Source: Candidatus Saccharimonadales bacterium
Lineage (GTDB): Bacteria > Patescibacteriota > Saccharimonadia > Saccharimonadales > Saccharimonadaceae
Reading direction: 5' to 3'
NCBI GenBank assembly: GCA_030146045.1
Contig: JASLDG010000006.1
Location: forward strand, 1 to 61,466
DNA length: 61,466 nt
Part shown: positions 33,882 to 43,796 of the stretch, in pieces
How the letters are laid out: every line of letters starts with the position of its first letter
Numbering within the stretch: position 1 is the first letter of the stretch
Notes under the pieces: model-generated
The model's input: only the letters and a program-made list of their open reading frames with translations
What the model was told of the DNA's origin: nothing
Database searches by the model: none
Translations under genes and position numbers: made by a program

Positions 33882-35032
33882 GGTTGAAGCGCCTTGGTCT
33901 TGACCGCAAGATCATCAAACGCAGCTTTAACTTCGCTAAACGGAATCGTATGCTGCGGCGCCTGGACTTTAACGGGCTGGCCAAACGTAAGAGCTGCCGT
34001 CAGTGTCGTGCTCGTTTTGGCGCCGTTCTGATCTTTCTCATCCTTGTAGCTGATAGTCGTTAACTGGTGCGATTGCTTCTGCATACGTAGCTCAATCACA
34101 CCAGAATCAGCGCCAGCCGCATTATTGGATCGTTGAGCTGCAGCTTGTTTCGTGCGCTCGCTTACTTGCTTGCACGATGCAGACTTCGTAAACACCTGCG
34201 TCTGCTCAATCGCCGCGCCGAAGTCCTGTAGCTGTCGGCTCTTCAGTGTCACAGCGTATCCTATCGTATCTTTATCATCGTTCAATCGGTGCTTCACCGC
34301 CAAAAATTGATGCCGTTCATACAATTGACGCACTTCACGAGCAGCCGCATCGTCATCGGAAATACGCTGCGCAATACTCTTCACACAATCGAGTCCTTGC
34401 TTCAGATCACTCGCGCCCCCCGCTATATCCTCGGGCGCCACCGCAATCCATTTGTCAGCCAAGCGGTCAACAATTGGTCGCACTAACGTTTGAAACTGCT
34501 GGCGAATCTCGGCTCGCACCGCGTCAACACTCTTACCCGCCTGCGCAGCGGTAGCCTCGGTGATTGAAAGAAGTGATCGTTCGAGAATCATAGTGTAGAG
34601 CTTTTCTGTATCGTCTATCTTAAAGTAGAGAGTGTCGCCGACATATGCCGCATTTCCCTTTACGACAAAGCTTGCGTTATCTTGCGCCGATGGCACACCC
34701 ATCGTTAGTGCCGCCGAAAGCTGCCCATCGGTCGCAGTACCGAGACTCTTCAGGCTCACTGTTGTCGTACTCGTCGGCGACATCGCCTTAAACGATCCAT
34801 CAATGCCCGTCGATGGTGCCGTCGCGGCCTTAAATAAACTCTCCGCGACAATACGCTCAGCGTTCTGAAGCCAAGACAGATACGCAGCCGTAGCACCTCC
34901 ACCTACAACGACACACACAAGAGCGCCCCCGATAATCAGCTTCTTTTGCCACGACGTGCGTGCCACAAACCACTTAAAACCTGTCGTCGATCGAACTGCC
35001 GTCATGAGACGTTTCTTGGCTTTTTTCACCAT
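33878..35032 (-). CDS. Membrane-anchored extracytoplasmic protein, unknown function
   Basis: Start moved to the ATG at 35032 (AAGGAG upstream; MVKKAKKRL...), because the track ORF would overlap the Nudix gene. TM helix LIIGGALVCVVVGGGATAAYL. Confidence 0.6.
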   Translation of the reverse strand: MVKKAKKRLMTAVRSTTGFKWFVARTSWQKKLIIGGALVCVVVGGGATAAYLSWLQNAERIVAESLFKAATAPSTGIDGSFKAMSPTSTTTVSLKSLGTATDGQLSAALTMGVPSAQDNASFVVKGNAAYVGDTLYFKIDDTEKLYTMILERSLLSITEATAAQAGKSVDAVRAEIRQQFQTLVRPIVDRLADKWIAVAPEDIAGGASDLKQGLDCVKSIAQRISDDDAAAREVRQLYERHQFLAVKHRLNDDKDTIGYAVTLKSRQLQDFGAAIEQTQVFTKSASCKQVSERTKQAAAQRSNNAAGADSGVIELRMQKQSHQLTTISYKDEKDQNGAKTSTTLTAALTFGQPVKVQAPQHTIPFSEVKAAFDDLAVKTKALQP

Positions 35033-35087
35033 ATAAACCCCTTGCTCCTTATTGCTTATACTAAGCGTATCATATTTACCTCGAAAA

Positions 35088-35561
35088 TTAGACCGTGTCA
35101 AAATACGGTTCGACGGTGCCGCTGACGAGCATATGCTGAATAGCTCGATAGCTTGAGCGGTCATCAGCACGACGCGCAATATCATCAAGTGGCACCCATT
35201 CGCACTCAGCAATCTCACTCGCCTGTAATACGATCTCACCTTTGGGGACTGTATCGGTCGTAAAAAAATAATGAAGTCGATCTAGAAAGCCGAACTTCTC
35301 TGGAATATAGCCACAGCTCAAAAAGGAGACGTTTGATGGCTCAAGTACCATGCCGACCTCTTCTTCAGTTTCGCGAATCGCCGCCACAAGTGGAGACTCA
35401 CCTGGATCGACCACGCCACCAGGAAATGTCCAAAAATCCTTATATGTCGCCTTAACCATCAAGACTGTTGCATCTCGACGAAGCACCATGGCAGCGCTTA
35501 CCCGCTTGCCTGGCAATGAATTGTACCATGCACGATTCTCTTCAACCGTATAGGTTGGCAT
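35088..35561 (-). CDS. NUDIX hydrolase
   Basis: 157 aa. Nudix box GGVVDPGESPLVAAIRETEEEVG. TAATG overlap with rny. Confidence 0.8.
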   Translation of the reverse strand: MPTYTVEENRAWYNSLPGKRVSAAMVLRRDATVLMVKATYKDFWTFPGGVVDPGESPLVAAIRETEEEVGMVLEPSNVSFLSCGYIPEKFGFLDRLHYFFTTDTVPKGEIVLQASEIAECEWVPLDDIARRADDRSSYRAIQHMLVSGTVEPYFDTV

Positions 35562-37051
35562 TATTTCGCGAACTCCACGGCGCGTGTCTCACGGATCACG
35601 TTCACTTTGATCGTACCAGGATACTGCATCGTGCTCTCAACTTTATTCGCAATATCACGAGCGAGTTTAATTGCGCTCAAATCGTCGACACGCTTTGGAC
35701 TGACGATGACACGCACTTCACGACCAGCACTTATGGCGTACGCCTTATCGATACCATCAAAACTCGTGGCAATGTTTTCAAGATCACGCATACGCTCGAC
35801 GAAATTCTCGGCACTGATATTGCGCGCACCAGGACGTGCTGCGCTAAGGGCATCACACACACGAACTACTAATGCCTCTGGGGTGGTCGCTTCAATATCA
35901 TCATGATGTGCTTCAATCGCATGAACGATATCTTCTTTCATGCCATATTTGCGGGCAAGCTCGGCTCCGATGTGATGATGCTTACCCTCCATCTTGTGCG
36001 TGACAGCCTTACCGACATCATGAAGCAATGTCGCAATTTTAGCCGTACGGACATCTGCACCAATCTCTTCCGCAATAAGGCCAGCCAGATGCGCCATCTC
36101 GGTGCAATGAAGCAAAACATTCTGACCATAGCTGGTACGGAATTTCAACTCACCAAGGAGATGGAGCATTTCGCGCGGAATACCCGTCACGCCAACCTCA
36201 CGGGCTGCGTCTTCACCCGCACGGATGACTTCTTTCTCGATCTGCTTCTCGGCCTTCGCCACAACTTCTTCGATACGGCCCGGATGGATACGACCGTCTT
36301 TCATCAGAGCTTCGAGGGCGAGACGTGCAACTTGACGACGGACAGGGTCGAAGCTCGATAGCACAATCATACCTGGCGTATCGTCAACCAAAATATCAAC
36401 GCCCGTTGCACGCTGCAATGCCTGGATATTGCGACCTTCCTTACCGATAATTCGGCCCTTCATTTCGTCATCGGTTAATTTGATTGCTGTCACTGTGCGT
36501 TCAGCTGTCACTTCGGAGCTCATGCGCTCCATCGCCGTGAGAATAATCATCTCAGCCTGCTCTTCGGCCGTTTCCATTGCATCTTTTTGCAACTTAGCAA
36601 CAAGCCCTGTCAAATCATCCTTGATATCTCGCTCGGTCATTGTCATCAGCTTCTCGGCCGCATCCTGCTTGCTAAGCTTGGCTATTTTTTCAAGCTTATC
36701 TTGCTGACGCGTTCGAATATCACGAATCTCATCCTTTAGTTTTTCAACCTCATCCTCTTGTGTACGTAGCTTCTCGGCTCGTTTATCAAGCTCATCAAGC
36801 TTGCGATCAAGATTCTGCTCGCGATCAACCAAGCGCGTCTCAGTTTTTTTCCACTCTTTGCGTCGATCATCTTCGAGTTTCAGCACCTCATCCTTGGCCT
36901 TGAGCACAATATCGCTTGCTTTCGTTTGCGCCTTTGCAACGAGTTGATCAGCCTTTTTACGACCAGTCGCAGCACGCTGACGATCATAGACTACCGTTCC
37001 GCCAATACCAAAAACAACTCCTGCAATTGCAGCAATTATTCCTTCTACCAT
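35561..37051 (-). CDS. rny: Ribonuclease Y
   Basis: N-terminal TM helix, coiled coil, KH domain (GRIIGKEGRNIQAL) and HD domain (LLHDVGKA...HHHIG). Start moved to the ATG at 37051 (MVEGIIAAIAG). Confidence 0.92.
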   Translation of the reverse strand: MVEGIIAAIAGVVFGIGGTVVYDRQRAATGRKKADQLVAKAQTKASDIVLKAKDEVLKLEDDRRKEWKKTETRLVDREQNLDRKLDELDKRAEKLRTQEDEVEKLKDEIRDIRTRQQDKLEKIAKLSKQDAAEKLMTMTERDIKDDLTGLVAKLQKDAMETAEEQAEMIILTAMERMSSEVTAERTVTAIKLTDDEMKGRIIGKEGRNIQALQRATGVDILVDDTPGMIVLSSFDPVRRQVARLALEALMKDGRIHPGRIEEVVAKAEKQIEKEVIRAGEDAAREVGVTGIPREMLHLLGELKFRTSYGQNVLLHCTEMAHLAGLIAEEIGADVRTAKIATLLHDVGKAVTHKMEGKHHHIGAELARKYGMKEDIVHAIEAHHDDIEATTPEALVVRVCDALSAARPGARNISAENFVERMRDLENIATSFDGIDKAYAISAGREVRVIVSPKRVDDLSAIKLARDIANKVESTMQYPGTIKVNVIRETRAVEFAK

Positions 37052-37229
37052 ATTTCGTCCTTTCTCTGCCCCTCTCGCCATGTCGGGTAACTGACAGAAA
37101 ACTGTGCAAGAAGGCGCACATAGTCAAGAGATAAACAGAATCGTATCAAAAATTAAAATGAATCAAATGCTTGTATGTATATATAAGCTATCTTTACTAT
37201 AGCGCGCGTACCTTACATGGCGCAAGGCT

Positions 37230-37619
37230 CTATTTGCGCGGTTTTGTAATATGCGCCTCAGCGCCATACTCAGGCATGACAAGCATGTCATTTTCACCGT
37301 TAGTGAGTCGACGTGTGGCGCTCTGGATCCAATCCTCACCCGTTTCACCAATGATCGGCACCGAAAGCGTGTCGCTGAGCGTATTCATAACTGTCAGCCC
37401 AATCCGTAACCCTGTAAAACTCCCGGGGCCACGATAGACACCTATTGCAGTTATATCCTGAAATGATGCACTGTGCTTCGCCAAGCAATCGCGTAAAAAC
37501 GCCAAAAGCCCATGGGCTAATTGACGATCGGCTTGCCACTCATACCATACTGCTACATCATCATTGGTAACAATCCCAACTCGACAAAGTCCACTCCGCG
37601 TATCTAACAACACAATCAT
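37230..37619 (-). CDS. tsaB: tRNA t6A biosynthesis protein TsaB, unusually short
   Basis: 129 aa. GVYRGPGSFTGLRIGLTVMNTL is the YeaZ/TsaB signature. About 100 aa shorter than E. coli YeaZ (231 aa). 4-nt overlap with tsaE. Confidence 0.7.
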   Translation of the reverse strand: MIVLLDTRSGLCRVGIVTNDDVAVWYEWQADRQLAHGLLAFLRDCLAKHSASFQDITAIGVYRGPGSFTGLRIGLTVMNTLSDTLSVPIIGETGEDWIQSATRRLTNGENDMLVMPEYGAEAHITKPRK

Positions 37620-38077
37620 CGAGCAACTCCCTCAGCAATACGCTGCGATCGATCACCGCCACTTTCTATTACTACTGAGCGGCCTTCATCGGCCGTCATC
37701 TGGATGCGCACGATTAAACGATCGGCAGGAAGGACATTATTAACCACGTCCGCCCACTCAATAATAGTAATGACGTTAGGCGCACCCATATTTTCACGCA
37801 CGTCACTCGCCATAATCCCCGCCTCACCAAGCCGGTAAAAATCATAATGTACAAGATGTTGCTTTGAAGATGTTTGGTACTCACGACTAATCGTGAAGCT
37901 CGGACTCTGAACTGTCTCGTCAATCTCCATGCCCCGGGCGATCCCTTTTGTCAGCGTCGTCTTACCCGCACCAACATCGCCAATCAGCTCTATCACATCA
38001 CCACCTGTAAGCAACCTACCGAGCCGTTCGCCAAGATCTTTCATCGCTTGTTCATTTTTTACCTCAATCATCGTCAT
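37616..38077 (-). CDS. tsaE: tRNA t6A biosynthesis ATPase TsaE
   Basis: 153 aa. GDVGAGKTTLTKGIARG P-loop, SPSFTI, HYDFYRL. Confidence 0.85.
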   Translation of the reverse strand: MTMIEVKNEQAMKDLGERLGRLLTGGDVIELIGDVGAGKTTLTKGIARGMEIDETVQSPSFTISREYQTSSKQHLVHYDFYRLGEAGIMASDVRENMGAPNVITIIEWADVVNNVLPADRLIVRIQMTADEGRSVVIESGGDRSQRIAEGVAR

Positions 38078-38173
38078 CTATTTTAACACGCCCCTTAATA
38101 TATCATTACCATGCCGCGCCGGAAAACCACTGGTGTTTTCGGAAGGTGTCGATTATAATTTAGCGTAAGCATC

Positions 38174-39955
38174 ATGCGTATATCAGACGGAACCATCGAG
38201 AAGCTCCTATTACAGGGAGATCACGTCACCGACGAACAACTTTCTCAGCTGAAAGCAGAGGGGGCACGTTCAAGGCGTCCCTTGCAAGATCTTGTTATCC
38301 AAGAAGATATTATGAGCGAGGCTGCCCTTACTCAGCTCTTTGCCGAATATGCCGACCTTCCTTTTATCGTCCTCGATCCTAAGGATATACCACCTGACGT
38401 ACTCATGCACATCCCTGAAAACATCGCTCGGCAGTATAATGCCGTGCTATTTCGGATTGACGAAGATGGTCTCCAGCATCTGGCCATGGATGATCCTGAC
38501 GATGTCCAGGCAGTTGACTTTATCCAAAAGCAAATTGGCGATAACACTAAGATTTACATCGCACCGCATGATAATATTCTCGCTGCTCTCGATAACTATC
38601 GCGGCGATGTCGACAAAGAGTTGAACGATGTTATTGATATCCAGCGTGAAGAAGATACCGCCAATGACAAGGTGAGCGATGAGGATGTTGCCGAGAATTC
38701 ACCAATTGCTCAGACCATCAACCTATTACTTGAGTATGCAATTCGTTCGCATGCCAGTGATATTCATATTGAACCTCGAGAAGATTTTGTCCAGATCCGG
38801 TATCGTATTGATGGTGTTCTGCACGAAGTTAATCGCTTGCCGCGCAATGTTCATGCCGCGTTGATCAGTCGCCTTAAAATTCTGTCCAATCTTAAGATCG
38901 ATGAACGTCGTGTACCACAAGATGGCCGCTTTAAAATTAAAGTCGGCGGCAAACAATACGCGCTGCGCGTCAGCACCTTGCCGATCGCCGATGGCGAAAA
39001 GGTTGTCATGCGTATCCTCGACGAGTCCAACCAAGCTGTTACTCTTGACCAGCTCGGATATTGGGGACATTCATTTGAAGTCATCACCAAGGCTATGCAT
39101 GAACCGCATGGCATGATCCTCGTCACCGGCCCAACCGGCTCCGGTAAATCAACAAGCTTGTTTAGCGTTCTAACGCAGCTTAATCATCCGGACGTCAATA
39201 TCTCCACTATCGAGGACCCAGTTGAGTATAAAATTCCAGGCGTTAACCAAACCCAAACCAACGTTAAGGCTGGTATGACCTTTGCCTCTGGCCTCCGCGC
39301 GTTGCTGCGTCAGGACCCAAACATTATCATGGTCGGTGAGATTCGTGACGGCGAAACAGCCAACTTGGGCGTGCAGGCGGCTTTGACGGGACATTTGGTT
39401 TTCAGCACCCTTCACACCAACAATGCTGCCACCACCTTGCCACGTTTACTTGATATGGAAATTGAGCCATTTTTGATTGCAAGTACCGTACGCGCTGTCG
39501 TCGGACAGCGTCTCGTGCGTCGCATTGACCGCGAAACACGCATCGCCTATGCGCCAACCGAAGAGGAAAAACAGGCATTTATCCAAATGTTCAATCTTCG
39601 TGAAGGTCAAACGTTCAAGCACATCCATGAGCTTGAAAAACAAGCGGCGGCCGCAGGTGTCGGAGGTGACACACCTCTCAGTACGACCGAAACAGATATT
39701 AAAGTGCTCTACAAACCTGCCGAGACTGAAGATGTTAACGGCAAGCATGACGGCTTTAAGGGGCGTGTCGGCATCTACGAAGTACTCGACAATACACTTT
39801 CTATCCAAAAAATGATTACCAGCAATGCAACAGCTAACCAAATCCAGGAACAAGCAATCAAAGAGGGGATGATTACAATGCAGACAGATGGGCTCGTCAA
39901 GGCACTTCGAGGTGAGACAACAATAGAAGAAATACTGAGGGTAACAAGGGAATAA
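38174..39955 (+). CDS. pilB: Type IV pilus assembly ATPase (GspE/PilB family)
   Basis: 593 aa. GspII_E N-domain, Walker A GPTGSGKSTSLF, MVGEIRD, HLVFSTLHTN. Confidence 0.92.
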   Translation: MRISDGTIEKLLLQGDHVTDEQLSQLKAEGARSRRPLQDLVIQEDIMSEAALTQLFAEYADLPFIVLDPKDIPPDVLMHIPENIARQYNAVLFRIDEDGLQHLAMDDPDDVQAVDFIQKQIGDNTKIYIAPHDNILAALDNYRGDVDKELNDVIDIQREEDTANDKVSDEDVAENSPIAQTINLLLEYAIRSHASDIHIEPREDFVQIRYRIDGVLHEVNRLPRNVHAALISRLKILSNLKIDERRVPQDGRFKIKVGGKQYALRVSTLPIADGEKVVMRILDESNQAVTLDQLGYWGHSFEVITKAMHEPHGMILVTGPTGSGKSTSLFSVLTQLNHPDVNISTIEDPVEYKIPGVNQTQTNVKAGMTFASGLRALLRQDPNIIMVGEIRDGETANLGVQAALTGHLVFSTLHTNNAATTLPRLLDMEIEPFLIASTVRAVVGQRLVRRIDRETRIAYAPTEEEKQAFIQMFNLREGQTFKHIHELEKQAAAAGVGGDTPLSTTETDIKVLYKPAETEDVNGKHDGFKGRVGIYEVLDNTLSIQKMITSNATANQIQEQAIKEGMITMQTDGLVKALRGETTIEEILRVTRE

Positions 39956-39959
39956 TATT

Positions 39960-41186
39960 ATGCCACGATACAAATACATAGCAACAACAGAAAATGGCGC
40001 ACCTGCGGACGGTATGCTTGACGCCCCTGATCAGGGAAGCGCCGTTGAACTTCTTAAGAAACAGCATCTTCGACCCTTGAGCGTCACTCTTGACATCGGC
40101 AAAAAAGGCTTTAGTCTTGACAGCCTTCTTGGCGGCAAAAAAGTCAAGTCTGACGACCTTGTTATCTTTACGCGCCAGCTCAGTGCCATGGTCAGCGCCG
40201 GCGTCCCCCTCCTCCGCTCGCTCAGTTCCCTCGAACAGCACTCGGAAAGTCCAGCACTCAAGGCAATTCTTGTCGATATCATCAAAGACGTCGAGGGCGG
40301 TGCACCGCTCGCCGATTCGCTCGGCAAACACCCTGAAACCTTCAGCGACGTCTACGTCAACATGGTGCGTGCCGGTGAAGCTGCCGGTATTCTTGACGAA
40401 ATTCTCAAGCGCCTCGCCCTCCAGCAGGAAAAGAATGCCACTATCCGCAAAAAAGTCAAAGGCGCCATGACCTACCCGATGGTGCTGATCGTCATTACAG
40501 TCATTGCCTTCTTCGGCCTGATGCTTTTCGTCATTCCGCAAATCGGCAACATCCTGACCAGCCTCGGCGGCCCAGACGCAGAACTTCCATTCATTACTAA
40601 GATGATGCTCGGTTTCAGCTCTTTCATGTTAAGCTATTGGTTCATTATCATTCCTGCTTTTATCGGTGGCACCTGGGGACTACTCCGCTATATTAAAACC
40701 CCTGGCGGCAAGCGCCAGTTCCATAAGTTCGTCTTAAAGGTTCCTGCGGTCAACGGCGTCATCCAAAAGGTTATCATCGCGCGATTCGCCCGTACCTTCT
40801 CGTCACTTGCTGGCGCCGGTGTTTCAATCATTGAGACGCTAACCGTGACCGCACATGCACTCGGTAATACCGTCTACGAGCAGGCGCTACTTGACTCAGT
40901 CGAGCAGATCAAGAACGGTAAGCAGCTCTCACGCGTACTCGAAGAAGATAACCTCTTCCCCGCAATCGTGTCACAAATGCTCGCCGTCGGTGAAGAGACC
41001 GGACAAACTGACACCGTTCTGGTAAAGGTGGCTGAATTTTATGAGGAAGAGGTCGATACTGCAATTAACAGCCTCAGCTCCATTATCGAGCCTGTCATGA
41101 TCGTTATTATGGGCTCAGTTGTTGGTCTTGTTGCGGCCAGCGTCATGGGGCCAATTGCAAGTCTTGCTCAAAACATTAAGGGCTAG
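39960..41186 (+). CDS. pilC: Type IV pilus platform protein (GspF/PilC family)
   Basis: 408 aa. Two GspF repeats and three TM segments. Confidence 0.9.
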   Translation: MPRYKYIATTENGAPADGMLDAPDQGSAVELLKKQHLRPLSVTLDIGKKGFSLDSLLGGKKVKSDDLVIFTRQLSAMVSAGVPLLRSLSSLEQHSESPALKAILVDIIKDVEGGAPLADSLGKHPETFSDVYVNMVRAGEAAGILDEILKRLALQQEKNATIRKKVKGAMTYPMVLIVITVIAFFGLMLFVIPQIGNILTSLGGPDAELPFITKMMLGFSSFMLSYWFIIIPAFIGGTWGLLRYIKTPGGKRQFHKFVLKVPAVNGVIQKVIIARFARTFSSLAGAGVSIIETLTVTAHALGNTVYEQALLDSVEQIKNGKQLSRVLEEDNLFPAIVSQMLAVGEETGQTDTVLVKVAEFYEEEVDTAINSLSSIIEPVMIVIMGSVVGLVAASVMGPIASLAQNIKG

Positions 41187-41238
41187 GCGTAAGCAGAATG
41201 ACATGCTATACTAGCATCAATACAACAACGTGGGCATC

Positions 41239-42291
41239 ATGAATAGATTATTTTACCAAGACAAACCAATTATCGGCGTCGATATTAGCAGCACGGACCT
41301 CAAGGTCATGTCGATTGACGCCAAGCATCATATCGTACAAGGTTATGGTAACCTTGACCTCGATCCACTACGTATCAAAAAAGCGTTTGACGAAGAAGAC
41401 ACTTACCTTTCCGATAGCCTCGTTGGACTTCTTGATAAAAAACTTGTAGGATCACTCGCCAGCGACCAGGTCGTGCTTGGTATCCCGACCGTTCGTACAT
41501 TCTCGCGTACCTTTACTGTTCCGCTCTCTGCCGAGAAAACACTTAAGGACGCAGTTGCCATAGAGGTATCGCAATATATCCCAATTCCGCTCCCCCTCCT
41601 ATACGTTGATTACGAAATTATCGAGCGAGACGACCAGAATTTAACCGTCATTATGAGCGCCGTACCTCGCAAGATTGTCGACACTGCTATTGCCGCATGT
41701 GAAACGGCAGGCCTTGCTGTCAACATGATTGAACCTGCTATTAACGCCGTTGCACGTGTTCTTAAGGCGACCGAAGATGGTCATCTTCCGACAGTGATCG
41801 TCGACATTGGCGCTGCCAATACCGATATTGCCGTTCTTGATGGTTCAATCCGTATTACTGGGGGCACCGGTACTGGTGGCAATACATTTACTCTTGATAT
41901 TGCCAAAAAACTGAGCGTCACACTTGAAAACGCACACCAGCTGAAGGTCTTGAACGGCCTTGCGCCGGGCGCACGCCAAGAAAAAATTACCGCAGCTTTG
42001 CGCCCATCACTTCGTAGTATTATTACCGAAACCCGAAAGGTTATCCGCTACTACAATGAACGCCTTAGCAATAACCGTCGACTTGAACAAGTCCTGATCG
42101 TTGGTAGCGGCAGTAACGTACCTGGTATTGGTGAGTACTTTACGAACGAACTCGTGATGCCAGCTCGCACAGCTAATCCTTGGCAGCAACTTGACTTCGG
42201 TAGCCTTCCGCAACCCGCTAAGCAATTTCGCTCACGCTACATTACCGTAGCAGGTCTCGCGAACGTGAACAAAGGGGAGATGTGGCAATGA
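41239..42291 (+). CDS. pilM: Type IV pilus assembly protein PilM (actin-like ATPase fold)
   Basis: IIGVDISSTDLKVM..., IVDIGAANTDIAVL, LIVGSGSNVPGI. The track ORF starts at the GTG at 41230; ATG at 41239. Confidence 0.85.
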   Translation: MNRLFYQDKPIIGVDISSTDLKVMSIDAKHHIVQGYGNLDLDPLRIKKAFDEEDTYLSDSLVGLLDKKLVGSLASDQVVLGIPTVRTFSRTFTVPLSAEKTLKDAVAIEVSQYIPIPLPLLYVDYEIIERDDQNLTVIMSAVPRKIVDTAIAACETAGLAVNMIEPAINAVARVLKATEDGHLPTVIVDIGAANTDIAVLDGSIRITGGTGTGGNTFTLDIAKKLSVTLENAHQLKVLNGLAPGARQEKITAALRPSLRSIITETRKVIRYYNERLSNNRRLEQVLIVGSGSNVPGIGEYFTNELVMPARTANPWQQLDFGSLPQPAKQFRSRYITVAGLANVNKGEMWQ

Positions 42292-42842
42292 TCAATTTAT
42301 TACCAGACGAATATAAAAAAGATCTTCGTTCGGCACGAATGAATGTCGCCCTTCTTCGCTATAATATGTTCGCTATCATTGCGGTCGTTGTCCTTGGGGT
42401 TGCATGGGGCATGTTCTCGGTTTCGCTCAATCTCACCGAAGGTAATGCCAAGGCCGAAAGTAAGAAAAACCAAGATGATGCACGTCAATATGATACCGCA
42501 AAGAAAGAATGGGAAGACTACAATAAAAATCTCGCATTTGCAAAGCAAATCTTAGGAGACCAAGTAAGCTACACCCAAGCAATCGTCCGCGTCACGGAAC
42601 TGATGCCAAAAAACACCGTGCTCGATAATCTTAATTTATCAGCACAAGATTTCGGCAATCAAGTCGTACTCTCTGCGCACGCTAAAACACGTGACGATGC
42701 ACTTAAAATTAAAGAGAGTTTCGAAAAGTCAGACTTCTTCTCTAATGTATTTTTCCAAAGCATCACCGAAACAGATGGGTCGAAGAGTGATTATCCGGTC
42801 GGTGTCAATATCAGTGTCAAAATTAACAAGGTGAAAAACTAA
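42282..42842 (+). CDS. pilN: PilN-like (fimbrial assembly) protein
   Basis: 186 aa. INLLPDEYKK start, single TM helix, 10-nt overlap with pilM. Confidence 0.7.
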   Translation: MAMINLLPDEYKKDLRSARMNVALLRYNMFAIIAVVVLGVAWGMFSVSLNLTEGNAKAESKKNQDDARQYDTAKKEWEDYNKNLAFAKQILGDQVSYTQAIVRVTELMPKNTVLDNLNLSAQDFGNQVVLSAHAKTRDDALKIKESFEKSDFFSNVFFQSITETDGSKSDYPVGVNISVKINKVKN

Positions 42843-43483
42843 TGGTCAACAAAAAGTCAGCCTCAGGAATTACCGCACCAAAGCTTCGACTTATCTTAAT
42901 TGCGACGATTGTTCTCTTGATCATCGCAGGAGGTTTTGGGTTCGCGTTTGCTCGTGAACAGCTTGTAAAGCGTGCAGCCGACGTTGCCATCGCGACTGCC
43001 TCTGAGAAAGAAAGTAAAAAGAATAAAGATGCGCTTCGTAGCATTGAATCAAAACTAAGTGAAAATCGTGACGAAGTAAAACGAACGAGCGAAATTGTTG
43101 CTCCTCTTGATAATTTTGAGTACCAGGTTCGTATTATCAAGGACGTACAAGCATATGCAGCTAAGGCAGGTGTCACCATTCGTGGCTTCTCATTCACAAG
43201 CGATGTTGCCGCAGCAGGCTCGGCGTCAGGAACAACGTCTGGCTCAGCGGCTGCAGCAAGCGGTACTGCGGCTACGTCACCTGCCATCAGCGGTCTTAAG
43301 AAAGTGACGACCACCGTAGAGCTCGAGTCGCCGATTGGCTACAAGAATGTCATGAACTTCCTCTATTATCTTGAAAATAACCTAACAAAGATGCAACTAC
43401 AAGGTGTCTCACTCACGCGTGATCCGGCAAAAAATGAGATTACCGCTGGAGCGCTTAATCTGGAGGTCTACGTAAAGCAATGA
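42842..43483 (+). CDS. pilO: PilO-like protein
   Basis: 213 aa. TM helix, coiled coil and a C-terminal alpha/beta domain. TAATG overlap with pilN. Confidence 0.55.
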   Translation: MVNKKSASGITAPKLRLILIATIVLLIIAGGFGFAFAREQLVKRAADVAIATASEKESKKNKDALRSIESKLSENRDEVKRTSEIVAPLDNFEYQVRIIKDVQAYAAKAGVTIRGFSFTSDVAAAGSASGTTSGSAAAASGTAATSPAISGLKKVTTTVELESPIGYKNVMNFLYYLENNLTKMQLQGVSLTRDPAKNEITAGALNLEVYVKQ

Positions 43484-43767
43484 ACGCATCACTCTCAAGT
43501 ATTACCCAACCTATAGCCCAATTTTTCGAGCGATACCATCCAACTATCTTCTTTTCGCTTATAGGCATCCTGCTATCCGTAGCAATTCTCATGCTTTTTA
43601 TGTCTTCAACCATTAATGATAGTGATCCTTCTCTCGTAAGAGACCAGGCCATTTCGAGCAATTACGATAAAGATACCGCTGAAAAGATCAAGAACCTTCA
43701 TCAGCGAGACGATAGTCTTGATGAGATTAAGCTCCCGACCTCAAGGCAAAGTCCATTTGTTGAGTAG
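43480..43767 (+). CDS. Small single-TM protein in the pilus operon
   Basis: 95 aa. TM helix IFFSLIGILLSVAILMLFM. ATGA overlap with pilO. Confidence 0.45.
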   Translation: MNASLSSITQPIAQFFERYHPTIFFSLIGILLSVAILMLFMSSTINDSDPSLVRDQAISSNYDKDTAEKIKNLHQRDDSLDEIKLPTSRQSPFVE

Positions 43768-43796
43768 AAGTATAATAATGCGTATACTAAGAGTAT

